Positions 46,575-57,398 of a stretch of DNA of 64,000 bases are shown here, piece by piece. The notes under the pieces are model-generated. The model was not told where the DNA came from, searched no databases, and worked only from the letters and a program-made list of their open reading frames with translations. The position numbers and the translations under genes were made by a program. The stretch comes from Minisyncoccota bacterium (GTDB taxonomy: Bacteria > Patescibacteriota > Minisyncoccia > Phycocordibacterales > UBA9973): positions 9,772 through 73,771 of the forward strand of contig JBAZSZ010000003.1 in assembly GCA_041662205.1 (NCBI GenBank). The letters run 5' to 3'. Within the stretch, counting starts at the first letter, position 1; each line of letters starts with the position of its first letter.

Positions 46575-47735
46575 TTAAATATCACTCCTATTTATTGTGG
46601 ATGATAGATAAATTCCGTATAGCATTATTGCTCCTAAAATTAGAAAAATATAATTAAAAGAAGGGGTAAATAGAAAAATAATAAACGCAATAAGTGGAGC
46701 TATGATATAAGCTATAGATCTAGAGTTACGATAGATGCTAATAAATTCATCATTTTCCATATTTATATGCTTGAAAAAATATACATCACTCATTACCTCT
46801 GTGATTGCCGCACCGATTCTGGTACTAAAAAGGACGGTTGCCCAAATCCAAATTTCGTGTTTTTGAATAAGAAAAAGTGATAAAGTGGAAATGGACATTA
46901 TTAAAAATCCCAGCATCATCATTTTTCTCTCCCCGATTTTATCTGAATATTCGCCTAATGGGAATTGAATTAATACGAACGGCAAAAGCATAACAGTGAA
47001 TATCATGGCTGTTTCTTTTAAGCTGAAACCTAAATGTGCGTATAAATATATCGGTGTGTAGATAATCATCCAAACATAAAAAAATTGCAAAAGAAAATTT
47101 ATTTTATAAGCGCGAGCCAGATTCTTATTTATAAAGAAATTTTTGAATGATTGCCAGACAAAAACTTTATCATATTTTGGATCGTTTAAATTCTTTAGGT
47201 TCCAAAAAGTAGCGACAAAAAAGATAGCCATTATTATAAAAGCGATAAAATAAAGGGCTGAAAAGGAAAATTTTGATAATATTTCTATAGACAGAGCCTG
47301 AGAAATTACCCAAGCCAAACCAACGATAGAGAGATACAACCCCCGCATTTTCCCCATCAAAGAATTTTTGGAAAATATTTGTAACAATTCGTCTAAGGCA
47401 AAAACAATTAAATGGTTTAGGGTGAAATAAAAAATAAAAATTGAAATTACAATAACAGGACTTTTCAAACTAGCTAATAAGAGAAGAGAGAGAGCATTTA
47501 GGCCCGATAAATAAAGTAAGAATTTATATCCTCCTATTTTTCGGAATATTCCAGGTATAAAAAAAAATACAAATAGAGAAATCAAAGAACCTAAGGCATA
47601 TATTAGGCCGACATTTTTTTCTCCTGAAAATAAAGAAAGAAAACTTGAATTAATAAAAGAAGTGAAAGCTAGCTGTAAAGATGCTAAAAAACCCAGAACG
47701 AAAATGCTTTTTAATTTTGAATTTTTTGTAAACAT
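46575..47735 (-). CDS. MFS transporter
   Basis: About 12 TM helices, GEYSDKIGERK motif A. Confidence 0.88.
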   Translation of the reverse strand: MFTKNSKLKSIFVLGFLASLQLAFTSFINSSFLSLFSGEKNVGLIYALGSLISLFVFFFIPGIFRKIGGYKFLLYLSGLNALSLLLLASLKSPVIVISIFIFYFTLNHLIVFALDELLQIFSKNSLMGKMRGLYLSIVGLAWVISQALSIEILSKFSFSALYFIAFIIMAIFFVATFWNLKNLNDPKYDKVFVWQSFKNFFINKNLARAYKINFLLQFFYVWMIIYTPIYLYAHLGFSLKETAMIFTVMLLPFVLIQFPLGEYSDKIGERKMMMLGFLIMSISTLSLFLIQKHEIWIWATVLFSTRIGAAITEVMSDVYFFKHINMENDEFISIYRNSRSIAYIIAPLIAFIIFLFTPSFNYIFLILGAIMLYGIYLSSTINRSDI

Positions 47736-47745
47736 TTTTAAATTT

Positions 47746-49710
47746 TTATACGCTCAGTATTACAGGTATAACCAATGGCCTTTTGGCTGTTTTTTGATAC
47801 AAGAATTTTGAGATGTTTTCCCCCAAATTTGCTTTGATTATATCAAAATTCACCATGTTTCCATTTTGAGCAGAGGTTGCAGGCATTTTTGTTGTTATAT
47901 TTTCTATGCCATTTTTAATAATTATTCTTACTTGGCGCAAAAGATCTTGATTTTCTTTTAAATAGACAAATCCACGAGAGATCAAGTCTGGGGATTTTTT
48001 TAATTTTCCAGTTTTTTGGTCAATGAGCGCGATAATGACAAACATTCCATCTTGGGCGAGCATCACTCTGTCGCGGATCACTATGTCTTGAGTGTCGCTG
48101 ATAGAAGCTCCGTCCACAAGCATTGCGCCACTTGGAGCGCGTTCTTTTCGTGTTGTGATCTTTTGTCCGTTAGCAGATATTTCAATTACTGAACCATTGT
48201 CAGGGACAATAATATTTTCTTCTGGCATACCTAAGTCCATAGCTAGTTCTTTATGAAGCACTAAGCGATAATGGTTGCCATGAATTGGTATAAAGAATTT
48301 TGGATGAGTTTTTCTATGGAGCCATTTTACATCTTCTTGGTTGCCGTGTCCTGTGGCATGTACGAAATCTTCACCAGCCGTTCGGTAACTGATAACTTTT
48401 ACACCTTGGCGAGATAAAGCATCTCTCATTTTTACTACGGCCAGTTCATTGCCAGGCACAATAGAAGCAGAGAGTATGATCGTGTCTCCTTTGTGTAAGG
48501 AAAATTTTGTATTTGATTTGTTGGCCGCACGATTGAGTGCCGCAAATTCTTCTCCTTGAGCGCCTGTCATTAAGACGACAATTTTATTTGGGGGATAGTT
48601 GTTTGCTTCTTCTAATGGAATAATAGTATCTTTTTTTGGTGCAAAAAAACCTGCCTCTATGGCTACATCGATGTTTGTTTTCATCGAACGCCCATCAATC
48701 GCTATTTTTTTGCCCAACGATTCAGCTACTTTGACGATATGCGCCAAGCGAGTAATGTGTGAAGAAAAAGCTGCGATGATTATTCGTCCTTGGATTTTTT
48801 TAATTAAATTTTCCAAACCTTGATGCACTTTTATTTCTGGTAAGGAAAAACCCTCATTTTCAATATTGGTTGAATCAGTCATTAATAAGAGAACCTTAGC
48901 TTTATCAAAGATTGAATACTCTTTTTCTTCTTCTTTGGCAACAATTCCATCTATTTGATCAAGTTTGTAATCTCCTGGATTTACTATCCAGCCATGTTCA
49001 GTTTCTATAATTATTCCCATAGAATCTGGGATAGTGTGTGTAACACCAAAGAATCTAATTTTTATTTTTCCGCAGGTTATAACAGAATCTTTTTCAACAA
49101 TATTTTCTTTTATTGGAGGTAAGTGAGGAAATTCTGCCTGCCTTTTTTTCATCATTAACATAGAAAGTTTTCTAGAATACACGGTAGGATTTCCAATACG
49201 CGAGAGCACGAGTGGCACTCCACCGATATGATCCAAGTGCCCATGAGTAATTATCAATGCTCGTATTTTTTCTTTGCGTTCTTCTAGATATGTAGTATTT
49301 GGAATAACATAATCAACCCCTGGGGTTAATTCATTTGAAAAATGCATGCCGGCATCTATCACAATAATATCATCGCCGATTTCTATGGCTGTCATATTTT
49401 TGCCGATTTCTTCCACTCCTCCAAGTGGAATAATGCGAATTACATTTTTTTCTACTGGTGGGATTTTTTCATTTGCATTCTTATTTTGGTTTTTTGTTCC
49501 GAATTGGGAAGGTCGAGGACTTTTACCAAATTTTTTTTGGGTGTATTGATAAGTGGAACTTTTTGTTATTTTTTTTCTTTGTTCCCCTCCAGCCATTGGG
49601 CGGATAGGTCCATTTGCATAATTTTGTGCGACATTATGAGTAGGTATTTTGTTTTCTTTCTTGTCCTCTATCTTAAGTGAAGAAAAAGAAAGTCTTGTTT
49701 TTTTTATCAT
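47746..49710 (-). CDS. rnj: ribonuclease J
   Basis: PLGGVEEIGKNM, THGHLDHIG, HTIPD, HATGH, PIHG. Confidence 0.95.
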   Translation of the reverse strand: MIKKTRLSFSSLKIEDKKENKIPTHNVAQNYANGPIRPMAGGEQRKKITKSSTYQYTQKKFGKSPRPSQFGTKNQNKNANEKIPPVEKNVIRIIPLGGVEEIGKNMTAIEIGDDIIVIDAGMHFSNELTPGVDYVIPNTTYLEERKEKIRALIITHGHLDHIGGVPLVLSRIGNPTVYSRKLSMLMMKKRQAEFPHLPPIKENIVEKDSVITCGKIKIRFFGVTHTIPDSMGIIIETEHGWIVNPGDYKLDQIDGIVAKEEEKEYSIFDKAKVLLLMTDSTNIENEGFSLPEIKVHQGLENLIKKIQGRIIIAAFSSHITRLAHIVKVAESLGKKIAIDGRSMKTNIDVAIEAGFFAPKKDTIIPLEEANNYPPNKIVVLMTGAQGEEFAALNRAANKSNTKFSLHKGDTIILSASIVPGNELAVVKMRDALSRQGVKVISYRTAGEDFVHATGHGNQEDVKWLHRKTHPKFFIPIHGNHYRLVLHKELAMDLGMPEENIIVPDNGSVIEISANGQKITTRKERAPSGAMLVDGASISDTQDIVIRDRVMLAQDGMFVIIALIDQKTGKLKKSPDLISRGFVYLKENQDLLRQVRIIIKNGIENITTKMPATSAQNGNMVNFDIIKANLGENISKFLYQKTAKRPLVIPVILSV

Positions 49711-49711
49711 T

Positions 49712-51466
49712 TTATTTATTGAATATCCTCCAAACGTTTTCCGTTTCAGTGTACCATGAATATACGCTTGAAAAACGATCAGCGGGAGAGGTAATGTGAT
49801 TAATAGAAAGACCTTTTAAATTTTTTGATATTACATAAATAAAATTAGGACTGTATAAGAAAACTGCTGGCATGTCTTTTTTCATTTCATCTTCAAATTG
49901 GGCATATTTTTTAATTCTTGCCTGTTCATTGATAGTAATAGAAGCATCTTCTAAAATTTTATCTACTTTTGCATTAGCATACACGGCGACATTGAGGCCA
50001 GGATCTTTTCGTTGTGATGAATGCCAAAAAGCAAACAAATCTGATTCATTGTTTATTATTTGTCCAAACAATAGTGCATCATAGTCGCGCGGACGAATTA
50101 CATTTTGATTTAAATTGCCTATTTCAAAAGTTTTTATATTAACCTTCATTCCGATTTTTTCTAAATCCTGCTTAATTATTTCGGCAGTTTTTGTGAGCTC
50201 TTCTGCATTACCCGTAGAGATGGAAAATTCTAAAGTAGTAGTAGTTTTCTTTTTATTTTTATCAGTTATTGTTTTTTGCAAAAATCCATCTGTACCTTTT
50301 GACCAGCCATTTTTCGCTAAACTATTTTGTATATTTTGTAATATAAGTTCACGAGAAGAATTATTGTCTGCAGATAGTTTTTGGTATGCAATCATATTCG
50401 GTGGGATAGGATCATCTATTGCGACTCCATAGTTAAAAAGAACTTCTCGAACTACTTTGTCCTTATCTATAGCTTGGTCGATTGCTTTTGTAATGACTTT
50501 ATCAGTAAAAAGAATATTTTTATTTTGATTAAAGAAAAGCCCGAATATTCTTGGGAGTACTGAGGCGTCTATCTGATAATTTCTTTCTTTTAAAATATCC
50601 GCATTTAAAGGAGTGATAGAGCTTATTTGTTCTACTGTGCCATCTTCGAGTGCGCCAATAAGATCATTTTCATTTAAATAAAAATATAAGTTAATTTTTG
50701 CAATGTATGGCTCACCTAATATAAATTTATCGAATGATTCTAATTCGTAAGAATTAATGATTCCCGAGGATTCTTTGGTGACATTTTTTATAAGATAGGG
50801 TCCAGAACCGATAGGGGAAATATTGGCATCATTAAGTTCTATGGAAGAATTATTCCATAGATATCGGGGCATTATTCCAAGTGTTAAGCTTTCCAGAAAT
50901 GATGGATAAGGTTTTTTCAGAGAAAATTCTATAGTCTTGTCATCTATCTTTATTGCATTTACGCCATCAAAGTTTACTTTTCGTGGACTTTTTATGACCG
51001 GATCTTTTATTTCATTTATAGTAAATATAATATCGTCTACAGTAACAGGTTCCTCATCCTGAAAATATATTTTGTCTTTTAATGTAAATTTATAAATTAA
51101 GCCATCTTTAGACATTTCATATTTTTCCGCCAAGTCTGGAGATAGTGTGCCATCAGGATTTTTTCTCATTAAGCCAGAATAAATAAGTGATACGAGGTCT
51201 AGATCGACAGGAGAATTTGCTAACACTGGGTTTATAAAACGGGGAGTACCGATAATACCTTCAGAAATAGTGCCTCCATGGAGAGGTATCGTTACCATTA
51301 GAGATTTATTTATACTATTCAATATCAAAATGGTGCTTATTAAGAAAGTTAAAAATAAGATTATAAAAATAACCCGTTCTTTTTTTGAGAAAGTGTTGAA
51401 AATCAAATTAATTTCGTCTTTTTTAGGTAATTTAAAATTACGAATGCGACTATATAAATTTTGCAT
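49712..51466 (-). CDS. peptide ABC transporter substrate-binding protein (family 5)
   Basis: LIYSGL, PDLAE, PIGSGPY; N-terminal TM anchor. Confidence 0.9.
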   Translation of the reverse strand: MQNLYSRIRNFKLPKKDEINLIFNTFSKKERVIFIILFLTFLISTILILNSINKSLMVTIPLHGGTISEGIIGTPRFINPVLANSPVDLDLVSLIYSGLMRKNPDGTLSPDLAEKYEMSKDGLIYKFTLKDKIYFQDEEPVTVDDIIFTINEIKDPVIKSPRKVNFDGVNAIKIDDKTIEFSLKKPYPSFLESLTLGIMPRYLWNNSSIELNDANISPIGSGPYLIKNVTKESSGIINSYELESFDKFILGEPYIAKINLYFYLNENDLIGALEDGTVEQISSITPLNADILKERNYQIDASVLPRIFGLFFNQNKNILFTDKVITKAIDQAIDKDKVVREVLFNYGVAIDDPIPPNMIAYQKLSADNNSSRELILQNIQNSLAKNGWSKGTDGFLQKTITDKNKKKTTTTLEFSISTGNAEELTKTAEIIKQDLEKIGMKVNIKTFEIGNLNQNVIRPRDYDALLFGQIINNESDLFAFWHSSQRKDPGLNVAVYANAKVDKILEDASITINEQARIKKYAQFEDEMKKDMPAVFLYSPNFIYVISKNLKGLSINHITSPADRFSSVYSWYTETENVWRIFNK

Positions 51467-51534
51467 ATAAGATATAAAACGAAGAAGACACAAAGAATAA
51501 ACGAAAAGTAAATATTAACTCAAGTTAAATCAAA

Positions 51535-51777
51535 TTAACTATTAGCTTTTATTATTATACTGAGCAGGGCAAATAAAGCAAAAAGAATTCCACAAACAAG
51601 GGACAAGTAAAAAAGAAACTTTTCAAAGCCTCGACGGGTGTGATGAAAGGATTCTGTATCTCCTCCACCCAAAGCACCTCCTAAACCAGCAGCAGATTGC
51701 TGAAGCAAGATTGCGGTTACTAGTATTACTGAAAGAATGATCTGCGCATAAGGCAAAATCTTCGCTACTAAATTCAT
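51535..51777 (-). CDS. secG: preprotein translocase subunit SecG
   Basis: ILLQQ..AGLGGALGG...TRRGFEK, two TM helices. Confidence 0.9.
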   Translation of the reverse strand: MNLVAKILPYAQIILSVILVTAILLQQSAAGLGGALGGGDTESFHHTRRGFEKFLFYLSLVCGILFALFALLSIIIKANS

Positions 51778-51869
51778 AAGGCAATTATTGCATATTGGGG
51801 ATTAAAAGGCAAATACATTTTATAATTTTAAATAACTGCAAGGTTTTGCCTTGCAGTTATTTAAAAGAC

Positions 51870-51898
51870 TTGACAAATACCCTACAGGGGTATATACT
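51870..51898 (+). promoter_or_regulatory. csoR promoter with CsoR operator
   Basis: TTGACA-N17-TATACT containing TACCCTACAGGGGTA. Confidence 0.85.
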
Positions 51899-51904
51899 CT
51901 GGAG

Positions 51905-52168
51905 ATGCAAAAAAGTAAGCAAAAATTAATTAATCGACTTAAGATAATTGAAGGGCAGATACGTGGATTGCAAAATATGATTGAAAAAGATATTTATTGT
52001 ATTGATGTTATTACTCAAACTTCGGCTGTAAAACAAGCCTTGTCTTCTATTGAAGATGTTTTAATGGAAAACCATTTAGGTTCTTGCTTAGTTCATCAAA
52101 TAAAAAAAGGGGAAACAGCCAAAGCAGCGAAAGAAATGTTGAAAGTTTATCAGCTTAAAAGAAAATAA
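51905..52168 (+). CDS. csoR: copper-sensing repressor CsoR
   Basis: RLKIIEGQIRG, YCIDV, HLGSC (Cys-His-Cys). Confidence 0.9.
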   Translation: MQKSKQKLINRLKIIEGQIRGLQNMIEKDIYCIDVITQTSAVKQALSSIEDVLMENHLGSCLVHQIKKGETAKAAKEMLKVYQLKRK

Positions 52169-52171
52169 AAA

Positions 52172-54478
52172 ATGCAAAAAGAAACATATCAAATAAAAGG
52201 AATGCATTGTGCTTCATGTGCCAGTATTATAGAAAAAACTGTTAAAAAAATTGATGGCGTGGAAGATATTTCAGTTTCTGCTGGGATGGAAAATGCTAAG
52301 GTGTCTTTCGATACTACGAAGACAAATCCGGCATCTTTTAATGAAAAATTAAAACCATTAGGTTATTCTTTTGTCATTCAACAAACTGCAAGCGAGATGG
52401 GAATGAGCGAAAGTGAACACGCAGCACATCTAGGACTTAGTCAAACAAAAAAAGAAAAATTGGAAGAATTAAAGGACATGCGAAATAAACTTCTCTCTCT
52501 CATTCCTATTGTTATCATAAGCATCTTCGTTATGAGTTATGATATTTTTGCAGAATTGAATTGGATATCCCCCATGTCTCTTATTTGGAAAAAGTTTTTT
52601 CATAACTTACTTCCTATATTGGCTACTTATACTTTGTTTGTGGTAGGCAAGCCGTATTTGCTTGGTTTGTATCGTTTCTTGCGTTACGGAAAAGCTAATA
52701 TGGATACTTTGATTGGTCTCGGCACCTCGGTAGCTATATTTTATAGTTTTATTCTGAGTGCTTTTGAAACAAGCCTGAAACCTTTTTTAAATGTTGATCA
52801 AAGTTATTATGATGTAGCTATTGTGGTTATTGCTTTTATTACTTTCGGTAAATATCTCGAGATCCGTTCAAAATTGAAAACCGGAGATGCTATTGAAAAA
52901 CTTTTAAATTTACAAGCAAAGACCGCTCTCGTCGTGAGAAATGGTCAGGAGATTGAAATTCCTATCGAGCAAGTAATTCACGGAGATTTGATCGTAGTAA
53001 AACCCGCAGGTAAAATTCCGGTGGATGGAATTGTGGTGACAGGTTTTTCTTATGTAGATGAATCGATGGTCACAGGCGAACCGATGCCAGTAGAAAAAAA
53101 AGAAGGAGATAGTGTGGTGTCTGGGACGATAAATACCTCGGGGTCTTTCACGTTTAAGGCGACAAAAGTAGGTGGGGAGACGCTCTTGGCGCATATTGTA
53201 AAAATGGTGGAGGAAGCGCAGAGTAGCAAGGCGCCCATCCAAGCATTGGCGGACAAAATCTCAAGTGTTTTTGTTCCTGTTGTTTTAGGTATAGCAGTTG
53301 TTGCTTTATTTTTATGGCTTATCATCGGTACGCAATACTTAGGATTTTCTCAAGCTCTTTCTTTTGGTTTAGTTTCTTTTGTGAGCATACTTATTATTGC
53401 TTGTCCGTGCGCACTCGGACTAGCGACTCCTACGGCTATCATCGTGGGCGTAGGAAAAGGAGCAAAAGAGGGGATTCTCATTAAAGATGCAGCAACTCTT
53501 CAAAAACTCTATGAAGTAAATACTGTCGTTGTGGATAAAACTGGAACCTTAACTTTTGGAAAACCAGAACTTGTTTCTGTAAATAATCTTACAAATAAAT
53601 CCGCAAATAAGACTGATAGTGAGCTCGTGGCTATCCTAGCTACTTTGGAAAATAAATCAGAGCATCCTATCGCGCATGCCATTATCGAATATGCTAAACA
53701 AAAAGAAATACAATTTTTTGATGTGCAGGGATTTGAAATTATAAAAGGTAAAGGTTTAAAAGGAATAGTGAACGGAGTAGAATATTTTGCTGGAAATACA
53801 AAATTAATTAAAGATTTGAATTTAGAATTTGATATAGAAGTATTGGAAAAAGAAACTTCAGAAGGTAAAACGCCAATTATTCTTGCGGATAAAAATAATG
53901 TGCTTGGTGTTTTTATGATAGCTGATACGATAAAACCTGAAGCCATAGAAGCAGTGAAAAATTTACATAAACTCGGTATAAAGGTTGTAATGCTTTCGGG
54001 TGATAATAAAAATACAGCGGAATATATTTCCAAGCTTATAGGTATTGACGAAGTGGTGGCAGAGTCTATGCCCGAGGATAAATTAAATAAAATAAAAGAA
54101 CTTCAAGCGGAGGGCTACATCGTAGCAATGGCGGGAGACGGTGTGAATGATGCCCCTGCTTTGGCTCAAGCAGATGTAGGCATAGCTATGGCTACAGGTA
54201 CAGATGTAGCGATAGAAAGCGCTGGGATTACTCTGCTTGGCGGAGATATTTCAAAGCTTGTCAAAGCAATAAATCTTTCCAAGATAACCATGCGAGGGAT
54301 AAAACAGAATCTTTTTTGGGCTTTTGTGTATAATATAGTAGGTATTCCTTTAGCTGCTGGATTATTTTATCCATTATTTGGTTGGTTATTAAATCCAGTA
54401 TTTGCAGGGTTTGCGATGGCAATGTCGAGTGTGTCAGTAGTCGGGAATTCACTTCGTATTAAAAGTAAAAAAATATAA
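52172..54478 (+). CDS. copA: Cu(I)-translocating P1B-type ATPase
   Basis: [40 protein letters not shown]. Confidence 0.95.
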   Translation: MQKETYQIKGMHCASCASIIEKTVKKIDGVEDISVSAGMENAKVSFDTTKTNPASFNEKLKPLGYSFVIQQTASEMGMSESEHAAHLGLSQTKKEKLEELKDMRNKLLSLIPIVIISIFVMSYDIFAELNWISPMSLIWKKFFHNLLPILATYTLFVVGKPYLLGLYRFLRYGKANMDTLIGLGTSVAIFYSFILSAFETSLKPFLNVDQSYYDVAIVVIAFITFGKYLEIRSKLKTGDAIEKLLNLQAKTALVVRNGQEIEIPIEQVIHGDLIVVKPAGKIPVDGIVVTGFSYVDESMVTGEPMPVEKKEGDSVVSGTINTSGSFTFKATKVGGETLLAHIVKMVEEAQSSKAPIQALADKISSVFVPVVLGIAVVALFLWLIIGTQYLGFSQALSFGLVSFVSILIIACPCALGLATPTAIIVGVGKGAKEGILIKDAATLQKLYEVNTVVVDKTGTLTFGKPELVSVNNLTNKSANKTDSELVAILATLENKSEHPIAHAIIEYAKQKEIQFFDVQGFEIIKGKGLKGIVNGVEYFAGNTKLIKDLNLEFDIEVLEKETSEGKTPIILADKNNVLGVFMIADTIKPEAIEAVKNLHKLGIKVVMLSGDNKNTAEYISKLIGIDEVVAESMPEDKLNKIKELQAEGYIVAMAGDGVNDAPALAQADVGIAMATGTDVAIESAGITLLGGDISKLVKAINLSKITMRGIKQNLFWAFVYNIVGIPLAAGLFYPLFGWLLNPVFAGFAMAMSSVSVVGNSLRIKSKKI

Positions 54479-54496
54479 TTTAATTAAATTAATTTT

Positions 54497-55513
54497 ATGA
54501 AAAAATATACATTTCATGTTTCAGGAACTCATTGTGCATCTTGTAAAATCTTGATAGAAGATATTTTAAAAGAGCAGGATTTTGTTAAAGACGTTCAGGT
54601 AAATTTAAAAAAAGAAATTGTTGAAATAGAAACTGATAGTGATCAGAACCCTGAAGATCTGGCGCAAATTCTCACAAGTAAAACAATAGCAAATGGTTAT
54701 GCGATTTCAGTAGATAAAAAAGACTTGCCCGCTGTGGTAGGTGATGATAATGTGTTTTGGAAAGCATTACCTCTCGGACTTGCTTTTGTAGTGTTGTTTT
54801 TCTTACTACAAAAATCTGGTATTCTTAATTTGAGTTTTGGTAGTAGCATTACACCGACGACTAGTTTTTTGATTGGAATCATCGCCTCATTTTCTTCATG
54901 TCTTGCAGTCGTAGGTGGTTTGATATTATCATTATCAGCAAAAATAGCGAAAGATGATGATGGTAAAAATAAAAAACCTTTAATATTGTTTCATATGGGA
55001 AGATTGGTGAGCTTTGCTGTGCTTGGTGGATTGCTCGGAATTCTTGGAAAAGAAATAGGCGTTAGTTTTATTTTTTCCACGATACTTGGGTTACTAGCTT
55101 CAGTGGTGATGCTTTTACTTGGTATCAATTTACTTGGTATCTTTAAGAAAAATATTTTTACTTTACCGAGTAATCTATTTTCTTTTTTTAGAAAAATAGA
55201 ACATGCCACTCTTGCTCCTATTGTAGTAGGCATAGGAACCTTTTTCTTGCCTTGCGGTTTTACGCAGGCGATGCAAATTACAGCGCTTTCCAGCGGATCA
55301 TTTATCTCAGGGATGTTTATTATGTTTTCATTTGCTCTTGGTACATTGCCAGTATTAGCATTGTTGTCGTTTAGTTCAGTATCATTCGCTCATTCTAAAT
55401 ATGCACCACTTTTCTTCAAATCAGCCGGAGTAGTAGTAATTGTTCTTGCTTTGTTCAATCTTATTAATAGCTTGGTGGTTCTTGGTCTTATTCCACCCAT
55501 ATTTAACTTCTAG
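54497..55513 (+). CDS. HMA + DsbD_2/TauE-like membrane protein
   Basis: THCASC, SSCLAVVGG, FHMGR, FLPCGFTQ. Confidence 0.85.
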   Translation: MKKYTFHVSGTHCASCKILIEDILKEQDFVKDVQVNLKKEIVEIETDSDQNPEDLAQILTSKTIANGYAISVDKKDLPAVVGDDNVFWKALPLGLAFVVLFFLLQKSGILNLSFGSSITPTTSFLIGIIASFSSCLAVVGGLILSLSAKIAKDDDGKNKKPLILFHMGRLVSFAVLGGLLGILGKEIGVSFIFSTILGLLASVVMLLLGINLLGIFKKNIFTLPSNLFSFFRKIEHATLAPIVVGIGTFFLPCGFTQAMQITALSSGSFISGMFIMFSFALGTLPVLALLSFSSVSFAHSKYAPLFFKSAGVVVIVLALFNLINSLVVLGLIPPIFNF

Positions 55514-55550
55514 TTTAATTTCTAGATTAATTATTATTTTAAAATACATT

Positions 55551-55940
55551 ATGAAAAACATTTCAATTTCAATTTTAGTAGCCTTAGTACTTATAGCCGT
55601 TGCTTTTTTGATTGCGAAAGGAGGAGATAGAACTCCTTTACCCAATGGCGAAAACAATGTTTCTGTGGTTGAGGAGAGACAGATTATAGATCTTACTGCA
55701 GTGGGAGGTTATTCTCCGGAAAAAAGTATTGCTAAAGCTGGTATCCCCACTGTCTTACGATTTACCACAAATGGAACATTCGATTGTTCATCATCAGTGC
55801 GAATTCCGTCTATGAATGTGAGTAAAAATTTAGCACCTGCAGGAATTACTGAGATAGACTTAGGGATTCCGAAAGTTGGAATTTTACAAGGAAGTTGTGG
55901 TATGGGAATGTATCCATTCGAAATTGATTTTCAAAATTAA
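55551..55940 (+). CDS. cupredoxin-like domain protein
   Basis: GGYSP, FDCSS, SCGMGMY. Confidence 0.85.
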   Translation: MKNISISILVALVLIAVAFLIAKGGDRTPLPNGENNVSVVEERQIIDLTAVGGYSPEKSIAKAGIPTVLRFTTNGTFDCSSSVRIPSMNVSKNLAPAGITEIDLGIPKVGILQGSCGMGMYPFEIDFQN

Positions 55941-55956
55941 TTTAAAGTTAAGAAAG

Positions 55957-55989
55957 AAAGCGCTATCCCCAAAGAGGTTAGCGCTTTTT
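55957..55989. terminator. bidirectional terminator
   Basis: AAAGCGCTA...TAGCGCTTTT. Confidence 0.6.
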
Positions 55990-56001
55990 AATTTGATTGC
56001 T

Positions 56002-56361
56002 TTATATTAAAAGCTTTGAAACGGTAGTGGTGAAATCTTTTACCCTGAAAGGTTTAATGATAAAATCATCAACCTTCAGGTCGGCTGGAAATTCATGCCC
56101 AAAAAATGACCCAGTTATCATAATGATCTTCGTTGCCTCTGATGTCTCGCGTATAAATTTCGCTAGTTTAAAACCATCAATTTTGGGCATCCGATAATCC
56201 AAGATCACTAAATCAAATTCCTTGGAGAATTTTTCCTTCGCCTCAAACCCATCTTCTGCTTCGACCACCACCAAATTTTCTTTTTTTAATATTGTCTTTA
56301 GTAAACCCACTATAAGTTTTCTGATGCTTTCATCGTCATCAGCCACTAATACTTTTTTCAT
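56002..56361 (-). CDS. single-domain response regulator receiver
   Basis: VLVADDD, ILDYRMP..DG, MITG, KPF; GGAGG RBS. Confidence 0.9.
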   Translation of the reverse strand: MKKVLVADDDESIRKLIVGLLKTILKKENLVVVEAEDGFEAKEKFSKEFDLVILDYRMPKIDGFKLAKFIRETSEATKIIMITGSFFGHEFPADLKVDDFIIKPFRVKDFTTTVSKLLI

Positions 56362-56574
56362 ATCATCCTCCCTTGGATTTATTATAAAAGTTTATTAAGA
56401 TTTAAAAAATCAAATAATTAGATAGTTAAAGTGTTAATGTCTCCGTTTTAAATTTTACGGGGAGATTATTAATAGAGCATTAAAAGTCAAAAGTAACGGA
56501 TGATATATAGTATTGAACGAAGGGTAGTCCTTATTGAGACTGACATTTTAGATTTTTTCTGCTATATTTTCTTT

Positions 56575-57396
56575 ATGTCAAAGCTTTCTGTGGGAATTGT
56601 GGGGTTACCGAATGTGGGAAAGTCCACGCTTTTTAATGCGCTTACCAAGAAAGGTGTGCCGGCAGAAAATTATCCTTTTTGTACAATTGATCCATCGGTT
56701 GGCATTGTGCCAGTGCCAGATGAACGCTTGACTAAGCTTTCAGAAATTTCTAAATCTAAAAAAACTATTCCGGCTGTAGTAGAATTTGTAGATATTGCAG
56801 GATTAGTGAAAGGCGCAAGTACTGGTGCTGGACTCGGTAATAAATTTCTTTCACATATTCGTGAAGTGGACGCTATCATTGAAGTAGTGCGAATTTTTGA
56901 AGATAAAGATATGATTCACGTTCATGATAAAGTTGATCCACTTTTTGATATAGAAGTTATAAATTTTGAACTTGAACAAGCAGGAATTAAAAAGCCTACT
57001 CTGTATGTTTTAAATACATCTGAAGCAGCTGATAGCATTAAGAAAGATTTTATAGCTAAACTCCCTGGTCCTCATTTAGAAGTTGATCCGATATTTGGTA
57101 CCGGATTGGATACTCTCATAAAAGCAAGTTATGATTTATTAAATTTAATTACTTTTTTTACTACGGGAGAGGATGAAACGCGTGCGTGGACCACGCTCCG
57201 CGACTCAACTGCGCCTTTTGCTGGCCGTTCTATACATACGGATTTTCAACAGAAATTTATCCGCGCAGAGGTGGTATCTTATGATCAACTTATTGAGGCT
57301 GGAAGTTTCGCCAAGGCTCGTGAGCGTGGCTGGGTTCGCACTGAAGGCAAAGAATATATAGTCCAAGATGGTGATGTTATAGAATTTTTGATATAA
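56575..57396 (+). CDS. ychF: YchF/OLA1 ATPase, internally shortened
   Basis: [50 protein letters not shown]. Confidence 0.92.
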   Translation: MSKLSVGIVGLPNVGKSTLFNALTKKGVPAENYPFCTIDPSVGIVPVPDERLTKLSEISKSKKTIPAVVEFVDIAGLVKGASTGAGLGNKFLSHIREVDAIIEVVRIFEDKDMIHVHDKVDPLFDIEVINFELEQAGIKKPTLYVLNTSEAADSIKKDFIAKLPGPHLEVDPIFGTGLDTLIKASYDLLNLITFFTTGEDETRAWTTLRDSTAPFAGRSIHTDFQQKFIRAEVVSYDQLIEAGSFAKARERGWVRTEGKEYIVQDGDVIEFLI

Positions 57397-57398
57397 AT

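Noticed and set aside
49712-51466. Orphan ABC substrate-binding protein as a novel system
   Set aside because: Permeases may be elsewhere in the genome; nothing distinctive in the sequence
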